Assembly (NCBI GenBank): GCA_964452165.1
Contig: CAYVKP010000002.1
Location: 24,074 to 88,073 of the forward strand
Source: an uncultured Gammaproteobacteria bacterium
GTDB taxonomy: Bacteria > Patescibacteriota > Microgenomatia > Levybacterales > GWA1-39-11
Length of the DNA: 64,000 bases
Direction: 5' to 3'
Made by a program: the position numbers and the translations under genes. Position 1 is the first letter of the stretch; each line of letters begins with the position of its first letter. A model generated the notes under the pieces. The model did no database searches. It saw nothing but the letters and a program-made list of their open reading frames with translations, and was not told where the DNA came from. Of the stretch, positions 18,047-28,083 are shown in pieces.

Positions 18047-19369
18047 ATGGAAAGCATCGGAAAGAAAATATCCAGTAATAATATACTGCAGCTTTTAGCG
18101 AATCCCGCATACTTATCTTTTTCTCTTTCGGTTTTCTTTTCTCAGGTAGCGTTTAATATGCTTAATGTTGTCCTGATTTTCTTGGTTTTTTATCTGACTT
18201 CCTCAAATTTTGCCGTAGCAATACTTCTTTTTGCAGTTCTGCTCCCACAAATCGTACTAAGCTTCTTTGGTGGGGTAGTAGCAGATACGGCAAATAGAAA
18301 AAACATTTTAGTTATTGGTAATTTAGCTCGTGCCATAGTCCTTCTAATTCTATTTTTCAACTTCAAAACAGTTTATTTAGTTTATTTTGTAACACTCTTG
18401 ATCTCAGGTATCACGCAATTTTATGTTCCGGCAGAAGCCCCTCTTATTCCGCTTCTTGTTCCAAAAGATAAGCTAGTTGCAGCAAATTCGATCTTTGGGA
18501 TAAGTCTGTTTGGATCAATTTTGATAGGGTATGTTGCGGCAGGACCCGCGATTAGTCTTTTTGGACGGGCAAATACATTGATAGGTCTTTCAATTGTTTT
18601 TCTCCTTGCAACTTTTTTTGCGGTTCTCATACCCCAGAAAAAAATTAAATCCATGACCAAAAACATCGAGACAGCGCAAATTAAAAGATCGGTCATTGAA
18701 GAACTTAGGGAGAGTCTGTCACTTCTTAAGCGAACGGGCGGAGTGGGAGATGCATTTTTCTTATTAATTTTTTCTCAGGTTATAATTTTCATATTGGCGA
18801 CTCTTATTCCAGGGTACGCTAAGAGTATTCTTCAGATTCCGGCAGAGGATTTATCAACAATGATTTTTGCTCCGGCAGCAGTAGGTATGGTAGTTGCAGG
18901 TCTTTTCCTAAGCGGCATATTCGGGGCAGCACCCAAAAAAAAGCTTATGAGCATTGGGGTTTTCATGTCGGGGATTGTTCTTTTTTTGCTCCCGTTTACT
19001 TCAAGAATCATATCGGGGGTAATGCTTAAAACTCTCAATAGTATTCTTCCTCAAGCTCTGAACCTCAATGTTTTCAACTTCGTTTTGTTGCTCGCTTTTT
19101 TTGCCGGATTTGCAAACGCTCTGATTTTTATCCCGAGTCAGGCGATGATTCAGGAGACAGTCCCGGAAGATTTTCGCTCAAAGATATATGGTTTACTTTT
19201 CGCGCTTATCGGACTTTTTTCACTCATTCCAATAATGTTGGCCGGAGCGGTTGCCGACGTCGTTGGTGTGGGTGCGGTACTGCTTTTGCTTGGCACAGGC
19301 ATCATTATAATAGGCGCCGTAAGGGAAAAATTTTTTTCACACATCTTTGCAAATTTAATCAAAAAATAA
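18047..19369 (+). CDS. MFS transporter
   Basis: About 12 TMs; GVVADTANRK motif A; QFYVPAE. Confidence 0.9.
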   Translation: MESIGKKISSNNILQLLANPAYLSFSLSVFFSQVAFNMLNVVLIFLVFYLTSSNFAVAILLFAVLLPQIVLSFFGGVVADTANRKNILVIGNLARAIVLLILFFNFKTVYLVYFVTLLISGITQFYVPAEAPLIPLLVPKDKLVAANSIFGISLFGSILIGYVAAGPAISLFGRANTLIGLSIVFLLATFFAVLIPQKKIKSMTKNIETAQIKRSVIEELRESLSLLKRTGGVGDAFFLLIFSQVIIFILATLIPGYAKSILQIPAEDLSTMIFAPAAVGMVVAGLFLSGIFGAAPKKKLMSIGVFMSGIVLFLLPFTSRIISGVMLKTLNSILPQALNLNVFNFVLLLAFFAGFANALIFIPSQAMIQETVPEDFRSKIYGLLFALIGLFSLIPIMLAGAVADVVGVGAVLLLLGTGIIIIGAVREKFFSHIFANLIKK

Positions 19370-20023
19370 ATGTTGATCCTTATTGCAATTCCGGTAATTT
19401 TTATTTGTTTTTTTCTGCTTTTTGTCTTTTCAAAACACGATTTTGTGTTGCTTCGCCAAAACATATCGCTTGGCCAAATTTTTGATGCAGCGGCCTTAGC
19501 ATTTGTCTCCTCGGTCGTATTCGGTAGGCTATTTTCAATCTTCGACGATTTTAATTTTGCTCTTTTTCATTTGCTTAGATTTTTTCATCTACTGCGTTTT
19601 CCCGGTCTTTCTCCTCTAGGATTTTTCTTGGGAGGAGGGATCTTGCTGTACATTTCTTTTAGGAAGAAGAAGGGGTTGGGTAGGATATACGATATTTTTA
19701 CCTTAAGCTTTATACCTCTGTATGGTCTTTTCGTCGCGTCGGAGTTTATAAAGATTAGCACTTTACTAACCGTAACTTTTCTTGTTTTGTTAGTTTTTCT
19801 TTTCGCTTTTTATATTAGATCGCATAATAAATATGTCTTGCGAGACGGTGGTATTGCCATCTCATTTGTTTTCATTCTTTCCTTCATGACAATTGTCTAC
19901 CAAGCATTCAACACGTCTGATCATATTCTCTTGCTCAACTTCTCCTTTTCTCAGGTATTTAGCGTGCCGCTTGCTCTTCTTGCCTCAACGTTCTTCATAT
20001 TGAATCAAGGTAAATCAAGATGA
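19370..20023 (+). CDS. Divergent Lgt-like membrane protein
   Basis: Multi-TM; FGRLF...PGLSPLGFFLGG resembles the Lgt N-terminal region; upstream of rluA. Confidence 0.55.
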   Translation: MLILIAIPVIFICFFLLFVFSKHDFVLLRQNISLGQIFDAAALAFVSSVVFGRLFSIFDDFNFALFHLLRFFHLLRFPGLSPLGFFLGGGILLYISFRKKKGLGRIYDIFTLSFIPLYGLFVASEFIKISTLLTVTFLVLLVFLFAFYIRSHNKYVLRDGGIAISFVFILSFMTIVYQAFNTSDHILLLNFSFSQVFSVPLALLASTFFILNQGKSR

Positions 20024-20742
20024 TGGAAATAAAAATTATATTTGAGGATGATAGTCTTGCAGTTATAGATAAGCCGGCCGGCCTTATTGTGAATAGGGCA
20101 GATACTACTCGAGGCGTTTCTACTATCCAAGAATGGGCAGAGGAAAAGTTTGGGATTCCAAATTCAGACAATTCAGAGTTTAATAATAGAGGCGGAATAG
20201 TCCACAGACTTGATAAGGAGACATCGGGGATTTTGATAATTGCAAAAAATGAGGATTCTTTTGTAAATCTCCAAAGCCAATTCAAGCAGAGGAGTGTCAA
20301 GAAGGTTTACGTTGCGCTTTGCCATGGTCGTATAGAATCGGATGGGGAGGTTGACGTTCCCATTGGTAGACTCCCTTGGAACAGAACAAAATTCGGTTTT
20401 TTACCTGAAGGCAGAGAAGCAAAGACCTTATACAAAGTTCTTGAACATAAAAAATATAAGAATGGAAAAAAAGAGGAAGATCTAACATTGATTGAGCTTT
20501 ATCCGCAAACGGGTAGAACACATCAGATAAGGGTACACATGCGTCACATGGGTTATCCAATATTTTCAGACGAGCTTTATGCTGGAAGAAAGGCGGCAAG
20601 AGCCGACCGAAAACTTCTCCCAAGACACTTTCTTCATGCAAGTAAAATTACATTTAGTCATCCAAAAACAAACGAGACGATGACCTTGGAGTCGGTCCTC
20701 CCCGCGGATTTAGCCAACTTTCTTTCGTCGTTGGACCAGTAG
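20020..20742 (+). CDS. RluA family pseudouridine synthase
   Basis: DKPAGL, VHRLDKETSG and TGRTHQIRVH motifs. Confidence 0.96.
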   Translation: MMEIKIIFEDDSLAVIDKPAGLIVNRADTTRGVSTIQEWAEEKFGIPNSDNSEFNNRGGIVHRLDKETSGILIIAKNEDSFVNLQSQFKQRSVKKVYVALCHGRIESDGEVDVPIGRLPWNRTKFGFLPEGREAKTLYKVLEHKKYKNGKKEEDLTLIELYPQTGRTHQIRVHMRHMGYPIFSDELYAGRKAARADRKLLPRHFLHASKITFSHPKTNETMTLESVLPADLANFLSSLDQ

Positions 20743-20788
20743 TCAAATATTCTTGATTTTCACGGCGAACTTACCTAAACTGAATATA

Positions 20789-22492
20789 GTGCAAAGCAGT
20801 TTTCTATCAGAAATAATTCTTGTTATAGCAGCAGCTTTTATAGGAGGTTTTGCTGCAAGAAGTCTACGCCTTCCACCAGTCCTGGGATACATAGTTAGCG
20901 GAGTGGTATTTGGTATTGTTGGCCACAAATTTTTTGAATCTTACGATACTATTGTTTCTCTTTCTCAGTTTGGTGTGTCATTACTCCTTTTTACCCTTGG
21001 GTTTGAAATTTCGTTTGACGTTCTCAAGAAAATAAACAAAAGAGTTTTTATTGTGGGAATTTTGTCAGTTGCTCTTGTTGCAGCGGCACTTCTCCCTCTT
21101 CTTTTCCTGTTTGGAATCGGTTTTAAACTCGCAATTATTCTGTCAGTCCTGTTTTCCTTCTCCTCAACAGCAGTCATAGTTAAGATCCTTGAAGAGAAGG
21201 GTATGCTTAATGATTTTCCGGGTAATAACGTTTTTATATATCTTCTAATTCAGGATTTTTTCATAGTTCCCGTAATCTTTTTTTTACCATTCCTTTTCAC
21301 AAAAAATAGTTTTGACATAAGTACTGTAACAAGTTTTTTAGTTGCCGCGGGAAAGCCACTTATAATTTTTGCCGCTGTATTTTTTGCAAGCCGCCTGTTT
21401 CTCTCGAGAATAATAAACTTTTTGTTTCGCTACCCCTCGCATGAACTCACAATTCTTGCCTCTATTTTTACCGCGACGCTATCTATACTTCTCCTGACAG
21501 CGGTCGGACTACCTGAGACTATTGCTGCGTTTCTAGCAGGAATTTTGATATCAGAGCAAGGGAAAAATCTTACGCCGCTTTCTGAGATTAGGCCGTTCAG
21601 GGATCTTTTCTTGGTTCTATTCTTCGTCGTTACAGGAATGCTTCTCAACTTTAATTTTTTTATAAGCAATCTGCCATTTATAGTCGGATTAACTGCCTCA
21701 ATATTAATAGTGAAGTTTGCCGTCTTGTACGTAATATTAAGAGTAAGCCATCATTCTCCATCGTCAAGCGTTTTCATTTCATCACATTTATCAAATATCG
21801 GTGAGTTCTCAATAGTTATCGGTCAGATCGCGCTTCTTTCATTCTTCATTTCTCAGAAGGAATACGACATGGTTCTCTCAATTTTTATCCTGAGTCTTAT
21901 GCTTGTCCCGCTCTGGCTTCGTTATTCAATAGTAGTGATGGAGAAAATTGCCAGGTTAGGATTTCTAAAAGCGATTATGCGGGAAGAGAATCAAACTTTA
22001 CCAAAAGCGGTTACCAAGCAGGTTGACCGCCATGTTGTTATTTGTGGACATGGGAGAGTAGGGCGAGAAACTAGAGCAATGCTCGAGCTAGCAGGCATTG
22101 ATTACGTTGTGGTCGATTTCAATAAAAAAGTGATCAATGAGCTTTTGGCCCAAAGCAAATATGCAATTTACGGAGACCCAACCGACACGGATATTCTAAA
22201 GGCTGCGTTTATAGATAGTGCTCGTGTGCTGGTAATTGCAGTGCCGGATACATTTTCTCAGAAAAAAATAATCAATCTTTCGTTAAAACTTAATCCAAAA
22301 CTTACGGTAATTTGCAGGTCTCACATTGAAGAGGATAAGTATGATCTTGTAAACCTGGGTGTTAACAGAATTGTAATGCCTGAGACCGAAGCCGGTTTTA
22401 GAATAGGCGCAGAGGTACTCGAGCTTTTTAATGTAGACGATGAGGAGGCAGAATCGTACATTAAAAGACTACGCCGTCAGCATCTGCTTTAA
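20789..22492 (+). CDS. CPA2 cation:proton antiporter with TrkA-N (KefC-like)
   Basis: TM domain with SSTAVIVK and IQD; C-terminal ICGHGRVG Rossmann fold; start uncertain (20753 or 20789). Confidence 0.9.
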   Translation: MQSSFLSEIILVIAAAFIGGFAARSLRLPPVLGYIVSGVVFGIVGHKFFESYDTIVSLSQFGVSLLLFTLGFEISFDVLKKINKRVFIVGILSVALVAAALLPLLFLFGIGFKLAIILSVLFSFSSTAVIVKILEEKGMLNDFPGNNVFIYLLIQDFFIVPVIFFLPFLFTKNSFDISTVTSFLVAAGKPLIIFAAVFFASRLFLSRIINFLFRYPSHELTILASIFTATLSILLLTAVGLPETIAAFLAGILISEQGKNLTPLSEIRPFRDLFLVLFFVVTGMLLNFNFFISNLPFIVGLTASILIVKFAVLYVILRVSHHSPSSSVFISSHLSNIGEFSIVIGQIALLSFFISQKEYDMVLSIFILSLMLVPLWLRYSIVVMEKIARLGFLKAIMREENQTLPKAVTKQVDRHVVICGHGRVGRETRAMLELAGIDYVVVDFNKKVINELLAQSKYAIYGDPTDTDILKAAFIDSARVLVIAVPDTFSQKKIINLSLKLNPKLTVICRSHIEEDKYDLVNLGVNRIVMPETEAGFRIGAEVLELFNVDDEEAESYIKRLRRQHLL

Positions 22493-22494
22493 TT

Positions 22495-23298
22495 ATGCGC
22501 GAAAACTCTCAGAACTTAAGCTATATCAAGGTTTTTTTAATTGTCGTAGCGATTGCTGCAATAGTGTCGCTTTCATATCGCACTTTTTTGATGTTCAAGA
22601 ATAGTTCATTTAAGTACGACACGTTTAACCTACTCGTAATTTCAGATCACGCTTATCTTGCTCACATTGATAGAAGTGAGGAAAAAGTTGTCGTACTCAA
22701 ATTTATGTCGTTGCCCTCCAATTTTCCAAAGCAAAATAAAATTTCTCAGAGTTTAACAATAGGCGCTCCGGTAGATGGAGTTATTTCCGTTGGAAAGAAC
22801 TCAGGCCTGGACTTGGACGCAAACTTCATGAATAGAGCAATGACAACTCGTTTGTTGACGAATATTGCAAGGTATAGGCTTGAAGGCGTGAATGATCTTG
22901 ACATAGTTAAGATTTTCTTGGTGGTAAATCACGCGCAGAGCGGTAGTAGAAAGGCATTAATAGTAGATAAACCCTCAGATACAGCGCTTGAGAGATACGA
23001 CCTCTCAGATAAGCAGATTTTTAACCAAAAAATCAGTATCCAAGTAACTAACTCGACTGAAATTGACGGGTTGGGCTCTAAGGTTTCCACAATGTTGAAA
23101 AATGCCGGATACAATGTGGTATCAACAAACAACGGAACAGATAAAGTATCAATCATAAAGTCTGGTGATCTCAATGGGGAGTCCGTAAGGCGATTGAAAG
23201 AGATTTTTAATACTGCTGTAACGCCGGCAAATAACAATTCAATTGCAGATGTCGTGGTAGTTTTGGGTAAAGATTTTGCAGGTAAGATTGATTACTGA
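22495..23298 (+). CDS. LytR C-terminal domain membrane protein
   Basis: N-terminal TM; QVTNSTEIDGLG...ADVVVVLGKD. Confidence 0.85.
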   Translation: MRENSQNLSYIKVFLIVVAIAAIVSLSYRTFLMFKNSSFKYDTFNLLVISDHAYLAHIDRSEEKVVVLKFMSLPSNFPKQNKISQSLTIGAPVDGVISVGKNSGLDLDANFMNRAMTTRLLTNIARYRLEGVNDLDIVKIFLVVNHAQSGSRKALIVDKPSDTALERYDLSDKQIFNQKISIQVTNSTEIDGLGSKVSTMLKNAGYNVVSTNNGTDKVSIIKSGDLNGESVRRLKEIFNTAVTPANNNSIADVVVVLGKDFAGKIDY

Positions 23299-23322
23299 CA
23301 CGTTTTGATCTATATTTAGAAT

Positions 23323-23466
23323 ATGTTTTGGATTTATGTCGGAGTAATATTTGTTATTTCACTTCTTTGGGCGATAGTATCAACAAGAAAAGAATTATCA
23401 AGACCTAAAGAAGTGAAAAGGGCACAAAAAATTCTCGCAAGAGAGAAAATATTGTTTAAAAGATGA
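23323..23466 (+). CDS. 47-aa single-TM protein
   Basis: Manual translation MFWIYVGVIFVISLLWAIVSTRKELSRPKEVKRAQKILAREKILFKR. Confidence 0.6.
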   Translation: MFWIYVGVIFVISLLWAIVSTRKELSRPKEVKRAQKILAREKILFKR

Positions 23467-23467
23467 T

Positions 23468-24127
23468 CTATTTTTCCCCAAGAGCAACTGTTGCAAAAGA
23501 AGGACTTTGCACAAACGAGGGTTGATTCTTAAATCTCGCAACTTTTTTAGTTTCCTTGACAAAAACCGTAACAGAATTGTCACCGACTGCCTTTACGCAA
23601 GCAGAGTATTCGTTGCCCCCGTTTATGAAAGTTATCATTCTCATTCCTACATTGTCGGGTAGAACGCCAAGATAAGTTTTATCTCCCATCTGAACAAAAA
23701 TCTTAGATCTCTTAACAAGAAGTCCAACCGTGTCACCGGGTTGGATTAGAGATAGGGTTCTCCTGTCGGCCACATTTTTAAGCTCAATCGTTTTGGTTTT
23801 GCCTGCCTCCTCAATAAAAACGCCCTGTAGATTTACTCCGACCTGAGAGTAAGCTGGGACACCTGATTGTTTTGAAATTGTCTCAAGTCTTCTGGCGTTT
23901 TTTAGTGCAATAGGATTCGTTTTATCAATTTTAATTACTTTTTGGTAAAACTCCTTTGCTTTCCTAAATTTACCAAGCTTTATTAGAGAATAGGCAATAC
24001 GATTTAATGTATCTACGTTATCCGGGTCTTCATCTAGCAGTTTTTTGTTTTCTTTGTAGGCTTCTTCCCATTTGTTTTCTAGAGCAAACTTTACAGCGGC
24101 GTCACGTGAGGGAGGGTTATTGGTCAT
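23468..24127 (-). CDS. TPR repeat protein
   Basis: N-terminal TPRs (DPDNVDTLNRIAY); FIEEAGKTK C-terminal domain; start uncertain. Confidence 0.82.
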   Translation of the reverse strand: MTNNPPSRDAAVKFALENKWEEAYKENKKLLDEDPDNVDTLNRIAYSLIKLGKFRKAKEFYQKVIKIDKTNPIALKNARRLETISKQSGVPAYSQVGVNLQGVFIEEAGKTKTIELKNVADRRTLSLIQPGDTVGLLVKRSKIFVQMGDKTYLGVLPDNVGMRMITFINGGNEYSACVKAVGDNSVTVFVKETKKVARFKNQPSFVQSPSFATVALGEK

Positions 24128-24205
24128 TTTTATGCTCTTAGAATCCAACAATATTATCCGAAATAACTAGAAATGTCAAGGCTTCCTAATGTATAATATG
24201 AGCTT

Positions 24206-24925
24206 ATGAGCGGGCACAGTAAGTGGGCAACAATTAAAAGGCAAAAGGGCGCAGCCGATGCAAAACGAGGCCAACTTTTTACCAAACTCTCTAACGCAAT
24301 AACCCTTGCAGTGAAAGCGGGTGGGGGAGTAGCAGATCCCGATAGCAATTTTAGATTGAGGCTTACAGTTGATAAGGCACGAGCGGCAAACATGCCTAAG
24401 GAAAATATTGAAAGAGCAATAGATCGAGCATCGGGATCAACTGCTGCTCAAGTAGAGGAGCTGCTCTATGAAGGATTTGCGCCGGGAGGCGTTGCTGTGA
24501 TTGTTGAGGCAGTAACAGATAATAAGCAAAGAACATTTTCCACCCTGAAGAACATTTTTGATAAAGGCGGAGGGACTATTGGTAGCTCGGGCTCAGTATC
24601 CTATTTGTTTAAAAGGCGAGGAGAAATAGCTGTAGCTAAAAACGGAGTCACTTCAGATGAGTTACTTGGTAAAGGAATCGATGCGGGAGTAGAGGACATG
24701 GAAGAAGTTGAGGACGGTGTCTTATTTTACTCGGATCCACAACTTCTTCAACAAATAAAAAAAGCCCTTGAGTCTCAAGGAATAATCATTGAGAGCGCTC
24801 AACTAACATACATTCCAACAAGCTTTATTTCTGCTGACGAATCTTCCAAAAGCAAAGTAGAGGAGCTTATAGATAATCTTCAAGAGATAGATGATGTTCA
24901 AGAAGTTTATACAAACCTTGAATAG
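24206..24925 (+). CDS. yebC: YebC/PmpR family protein
   Basis: MSGHSKWATIKRQK, YEGFAPGG and DDVQEVYTN motifs. Confidence 0.97.
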   Translation: MSGHSKWATIKRQKGAADAKRGQLFTKLSNAITLAVKAGGGVADPDSNFRLRLTVDKARAANMPKENIERAIDRASGSTAAQVEELLYEGFAPGGVAVIVEAVTDNKQRTFSTLKNIFDKGGGTIGSSGSVSYLFKRRGEIAVAKNGVTSDELLGKGIDAGVEDMEEVEDGVLFYSDPQLLQQIKKALESQGIIIESAQLTYIPTSFISADESSKSKVEELIDNLQEIDDVQEVYTNLE

Positions 24926-24931
24926 TAAGCA

Positions 24932-25729
24932 ATGAAGAAACTTCTAAGGTTTTTCTCACTTTCCAAGAGACAAAAGTTTGTTATCTCTGTTTTAATTCTT
25001 TCAGCCGGACTTTTCCTCACGGAATTTTTAGGGGGATTCACTCTAATCATATCCGCGTTCGCATTGAGCTTGTTCACTGTAGCTTTTCTTTATCTGTCGC
25101 TGCGGGATGATATAAAGGGTACATTTTATTATCCGATCCTTATTCTTCCCTTTGTATTTACGTTGTCTTTCGTGTTGTTTTATCCACTTATTCCTGCGCG
25201 TTTCATAACAAGGACAATACTTACATTATTTTATGCTTTCGGCTCTTACTCACTTTTTCTAACTCAAAACATTTTTGCAGTTTCCGCCATTAGGACGATA
25301 AATCTCATGAGGTCGGCGCGGATCGTGTCTTTTGTCTTAACGATACTGACCTTATTTTTGCTGACGAGTGTAATTTTTTCATTGAGATTGCCGATATTCT
25401 TATCGCCATTTTTAGTATTTGTTATAATTTTTCTTCTCAACTTCCAATCTCTATGGACATACAGTTTGAACCGTGACTTTGTTCCTGAGGGTTTGTTCTT
25501 GTCGCTTTTTACCTCGATCTGTTTGACCGAACTATCCATTGTCCTCAATCTGTGGCCGATAAATGGTTCCATCTATTCGATATTCTTAACAGGCGTGTTT
25601 TATGCCTATTCAGGCTTGAGTCACGCATGGGTAGAGAAGAGGCTCTTTAAAGGAGTCCTGTGGGAATACATTTGGGTAGGATTTATGGCAGTCTTGATCC
25701 TCGTATTTTTTTCAAAGTGGGGAATTTAA
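24932..25729 (+). CDS. Polytopic membrane protein (DUF5656-like)
   Basis: About 9 TMs; follows yebC. Confidence 0.7.
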   Translation: MKKLLRFFSLSKRQKFVISVLILSAGLFLTEFLGGFTLIISAFALSLFTVAFLYLSLRDDIKGTFYYPILILPFVFTLSFVLFYPLIPARFITRTILTLFYAFGSYSLFLTQNIFAVSAIRTINLMRSARIVSFVLTILTLFLLTSVIFSLRLPIFLSPFLVFVIIFLLNFQSLWTYSLNRDFVPEGLFLSLFTSICLTELSIVLNLWPINGSIYSIFLTGVFYAYSGLSHAWVEKRLFKGVLWEYIWVGFMAVLILVFFSKWGI

Positions 25730-25758
25730 AAACCAACAAATTTTAATCATCACCAAAA

Positions 25759-26582
25759 AGTAGAGGAGTGGAGGCTAAAAATTATAGTTTGGGTCGATTT
25801 ATCAAGCTAAATCAATGATAGAGTTTGATATAGTTAATGTCCTATAATAAAATTACAATGTGGATATCTCTGGGATCAAGCCGTAATGTTTACTTTTCAC
25901 CGGCCTTAATTTAGCCTCGATTATACACCATGAGAGCAGTAGAGACTTTTCACGACTCTGCTCGAGTAGAAAATCTCATGCGTAAATCGTGCGTATTTAG
26001 CCTCGAAAATAGGAAAAAAACGAAAAAAATACGAAACTACTTCTCTCATGTGGTCTCCCACTAGGAATAAATACACTAAATTACAAATTTTGAGGCTAAA
26101 AATAGCAATTTAGATTGATTTAATAAGTTAAACTACATATCCTCCGAGAGTAGGCGCTAAGCGTTCTTACAATTTATTTGCCAATTTGGGTGATGGATAC
26201 TCGCCGGTAGTGGTGACAATTGTTTAGTAAAATTTGTCCTAATAAGGGGTCAATGTACTCTTGCGGAAAGAGAACGTAATTAGCACTTATAGGGATACTT
26301 CTATTCCTTTAGGGCATTAGCATGTTTATAAAGAGTCTAAAAGAGACCCGGAGGACCGGTAGAGAACATATATAGCTTATGTCGTACAATAATACTTTTA
26401 CGACATGGACGAGTGACCTGAGAGTGTGCCTGGTTAGCCATCAATCATCATCGATTCTTCATTTTAATCAATAATTATTGATTACTCTTTCTTGGATAAA
26501 TTAGTAGCAATTCTCTGTCTGTCATGTAAGCTTTATTTCTCCACTACTCTACTATAGGACGTAAATATTTTTTTCGTATTTT
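25759..26582 (+). ncRNA. Candidate large structured non-coding RNA
   Basis: ORF-free region with terminal 15-nt complementarity and many nested stems, several with G-U on the + strand. Confidence 0.45.
26379..26406. other. dif-like recombination site (11-6-11)
   Basis: ATGTCGTACAA TAATAC TTTTACGACAT; arms 10/11 inverted; 1.8 kb from the xer gene. Confidence 0.65.
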
Positions 26583-26688
26583 ATTTTTTTTGATATTTTA
26601 TTTTTGTCTGAAAGTTTGTCGCTTGCTATAGACGATAAGATACTGGTTGTCTGTAGGAACAGGGCCTAGAAATCGATCCTCGCGGGGC

Positions 26689-28083
26689 CTAATGAGGAAT
26701 AGCTAGCTTATATGGTGGTTTTTTGCTTCGATTGCTAGTATGGATCTTTAGGCCTTGTTCAATGGCATCTAAGATAGCTACATACCTTGTAAAAATCGCG
26801 TTTGTCCAACCGAATCCTGATTGGTTTTCATAATGATAATTTTTTGCTAAATCTCCGCGGACGCCGTCAATTTTTTCAAAAAAAGTTTTATATTTGCTAA
26901 AAATTTTACTTTGAGCAGCCAAAGACTTTTTCATTATACGAATGGCATCATTGGTAAATCCATATTTTAGAAGTCCTATAACTGTCAGGTATTCAATTGG
27001 CGGCCAGATATTCGGATAGTCCCATTGTTTGGGTTTTAAAATATCTCTGATAGCGGGTTTGTATTGGGCCGGAATTTTCGACAATTCTACATTTGGAGCC
27101 AGGGACTTTTTGGCGCCTATTAGCAAACCGTAATCTGTCTCAAAATCTTTAAGTTTCTTGACCATAAGTTTTGCTTGAGCAGGTGTTGCAAGACCTGCCC
27201 AAAGAGGAATAAAGGAGGCAAGGGACAGGAAGTCGCTTTGCCGGCCGTTGACATAGTCATAGTCAAAGAAGAGCCCATTTTTGCGGTTCCACATATATTT
27301 ATTAACCAATTTTTGGCGCGCAAGTGCTTTACCTGACCAAAACTTTTGCTCATGAGAATCTCCAAGTATCTTACCGATTTTTGCAAAATCTCGCTCATAT
27401 TTAAATAGATAACAGTTAAGATCTATAGGTAGGAATTCATTACACCTGTTATAAAATCTTGAGGTAAAATCCCAACCTGATTCAAGCTCTGAGGAATGTG
27501 CATAGCCAATATCACGGTCGCCATAGCGATTTAAATTGAGACCTTTAACCTTATGGTAAAAGAGATTTTCATTTTCCCAAACGTGCCAGTATTCGCGTTT
27601 CGCAATTTCGGCCGCTTTGCGTAGCCAATTAAGACGAGTTTCGATTTTCATGGTTTTACTAATTTCCTTTGAAAAAAGATAGTCCTTGTGAGCCCGATTA
27701 TATGTATCAAGGATCATAGATGTCAGGAATGGAGGTTGCGATCGTCCTGTTGATGCTGGTGAGTTGAAGTTGGGGATTATTCCATATTTTTCATAAAGAT
27801 ATATGAAATTGTCCACCATGGGTCTTAGAATTTTTTCTCTTTTTGTTCCAAGCAGTCCTTTGAAAATAAAAAAAGTATCCCAGTAGAAAACGTGAGTAAA
27901 TTTCTTGTCGTTTGGAACAATGAACGCATTTGGTATATGAATAATATTCTCGTGCATTCTTTTGGTAGTTCGACGTAAAATAATATTGAACAAACGGTCG
28001 GTTCTCTTTGGTTTCACCGTGACCTTGTCCCAAAACTTATCTATGTACTCAAGCTCGTTTTTATACTTATTTGCGTAAGTCAT
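26689..28083 (-). CDS. Trehalase (GH37)
   Basis: FYWDTFF, RSQPPFL, ESGWDFTSR, QWDYPNIWPP and GFGWTN motifs. Confidence 0.93.
   Translation of the reverse strand: MTYANKYKNELEYIDKFWDKVTVKPKRTDRLFNIILRRTTKRMHENIIHIPNAFIVPNDKKFTHVFYWDTFFIFKGLLGTKREKILRPMVDNFIYLYEKYGIIPNFNSPASTGRSQPPFLTSMILDTYNRAHKDYLFSKEISKTMKIETRLNWLRKAAEIAKREYWHVWENENLFYHKVKGLNLNRYGDRDIGYAHSSELESGWDFTSRFYNRCNEFLPIDLNCYLFKYERDFAKIGKILGDSHEQKFWSGKALARQKLVNKYMWNRKNGLFFDYDYVNGRQSDFLSLASFIPLWAGLATPAQAKLMVKKLKDFETDYGLLIGAKKSLAPNVELSKIPAQYKPAIRDILKPKQWDYPNIWPPIEYLTVIGLLKYGFTNDAIRIMKKSLAAQSKIFSKYKTFFEKIDGVRGDLAKNYHYENQSGFGWTNAIFTRYVAILDAIEQGLKIHTSNRSKKPPYKLAIPH

Noticed and set aside
25730-26688. Replication origin
   Set aside because: Only one near-match DnaA box (TGTGGATAT near 25859), no dnaA or dnaN nearby, and flanking gene runs converge rather than diverge
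25730-26688. tmRNA, RNase P RNA, group I/II intron or MITE
   Set aside because: No tRNA-like ends, no GAGGAAAGUCC, no convincing domain V or P7 motifs, and no target-site duplication outside the 15-nt inverted ends
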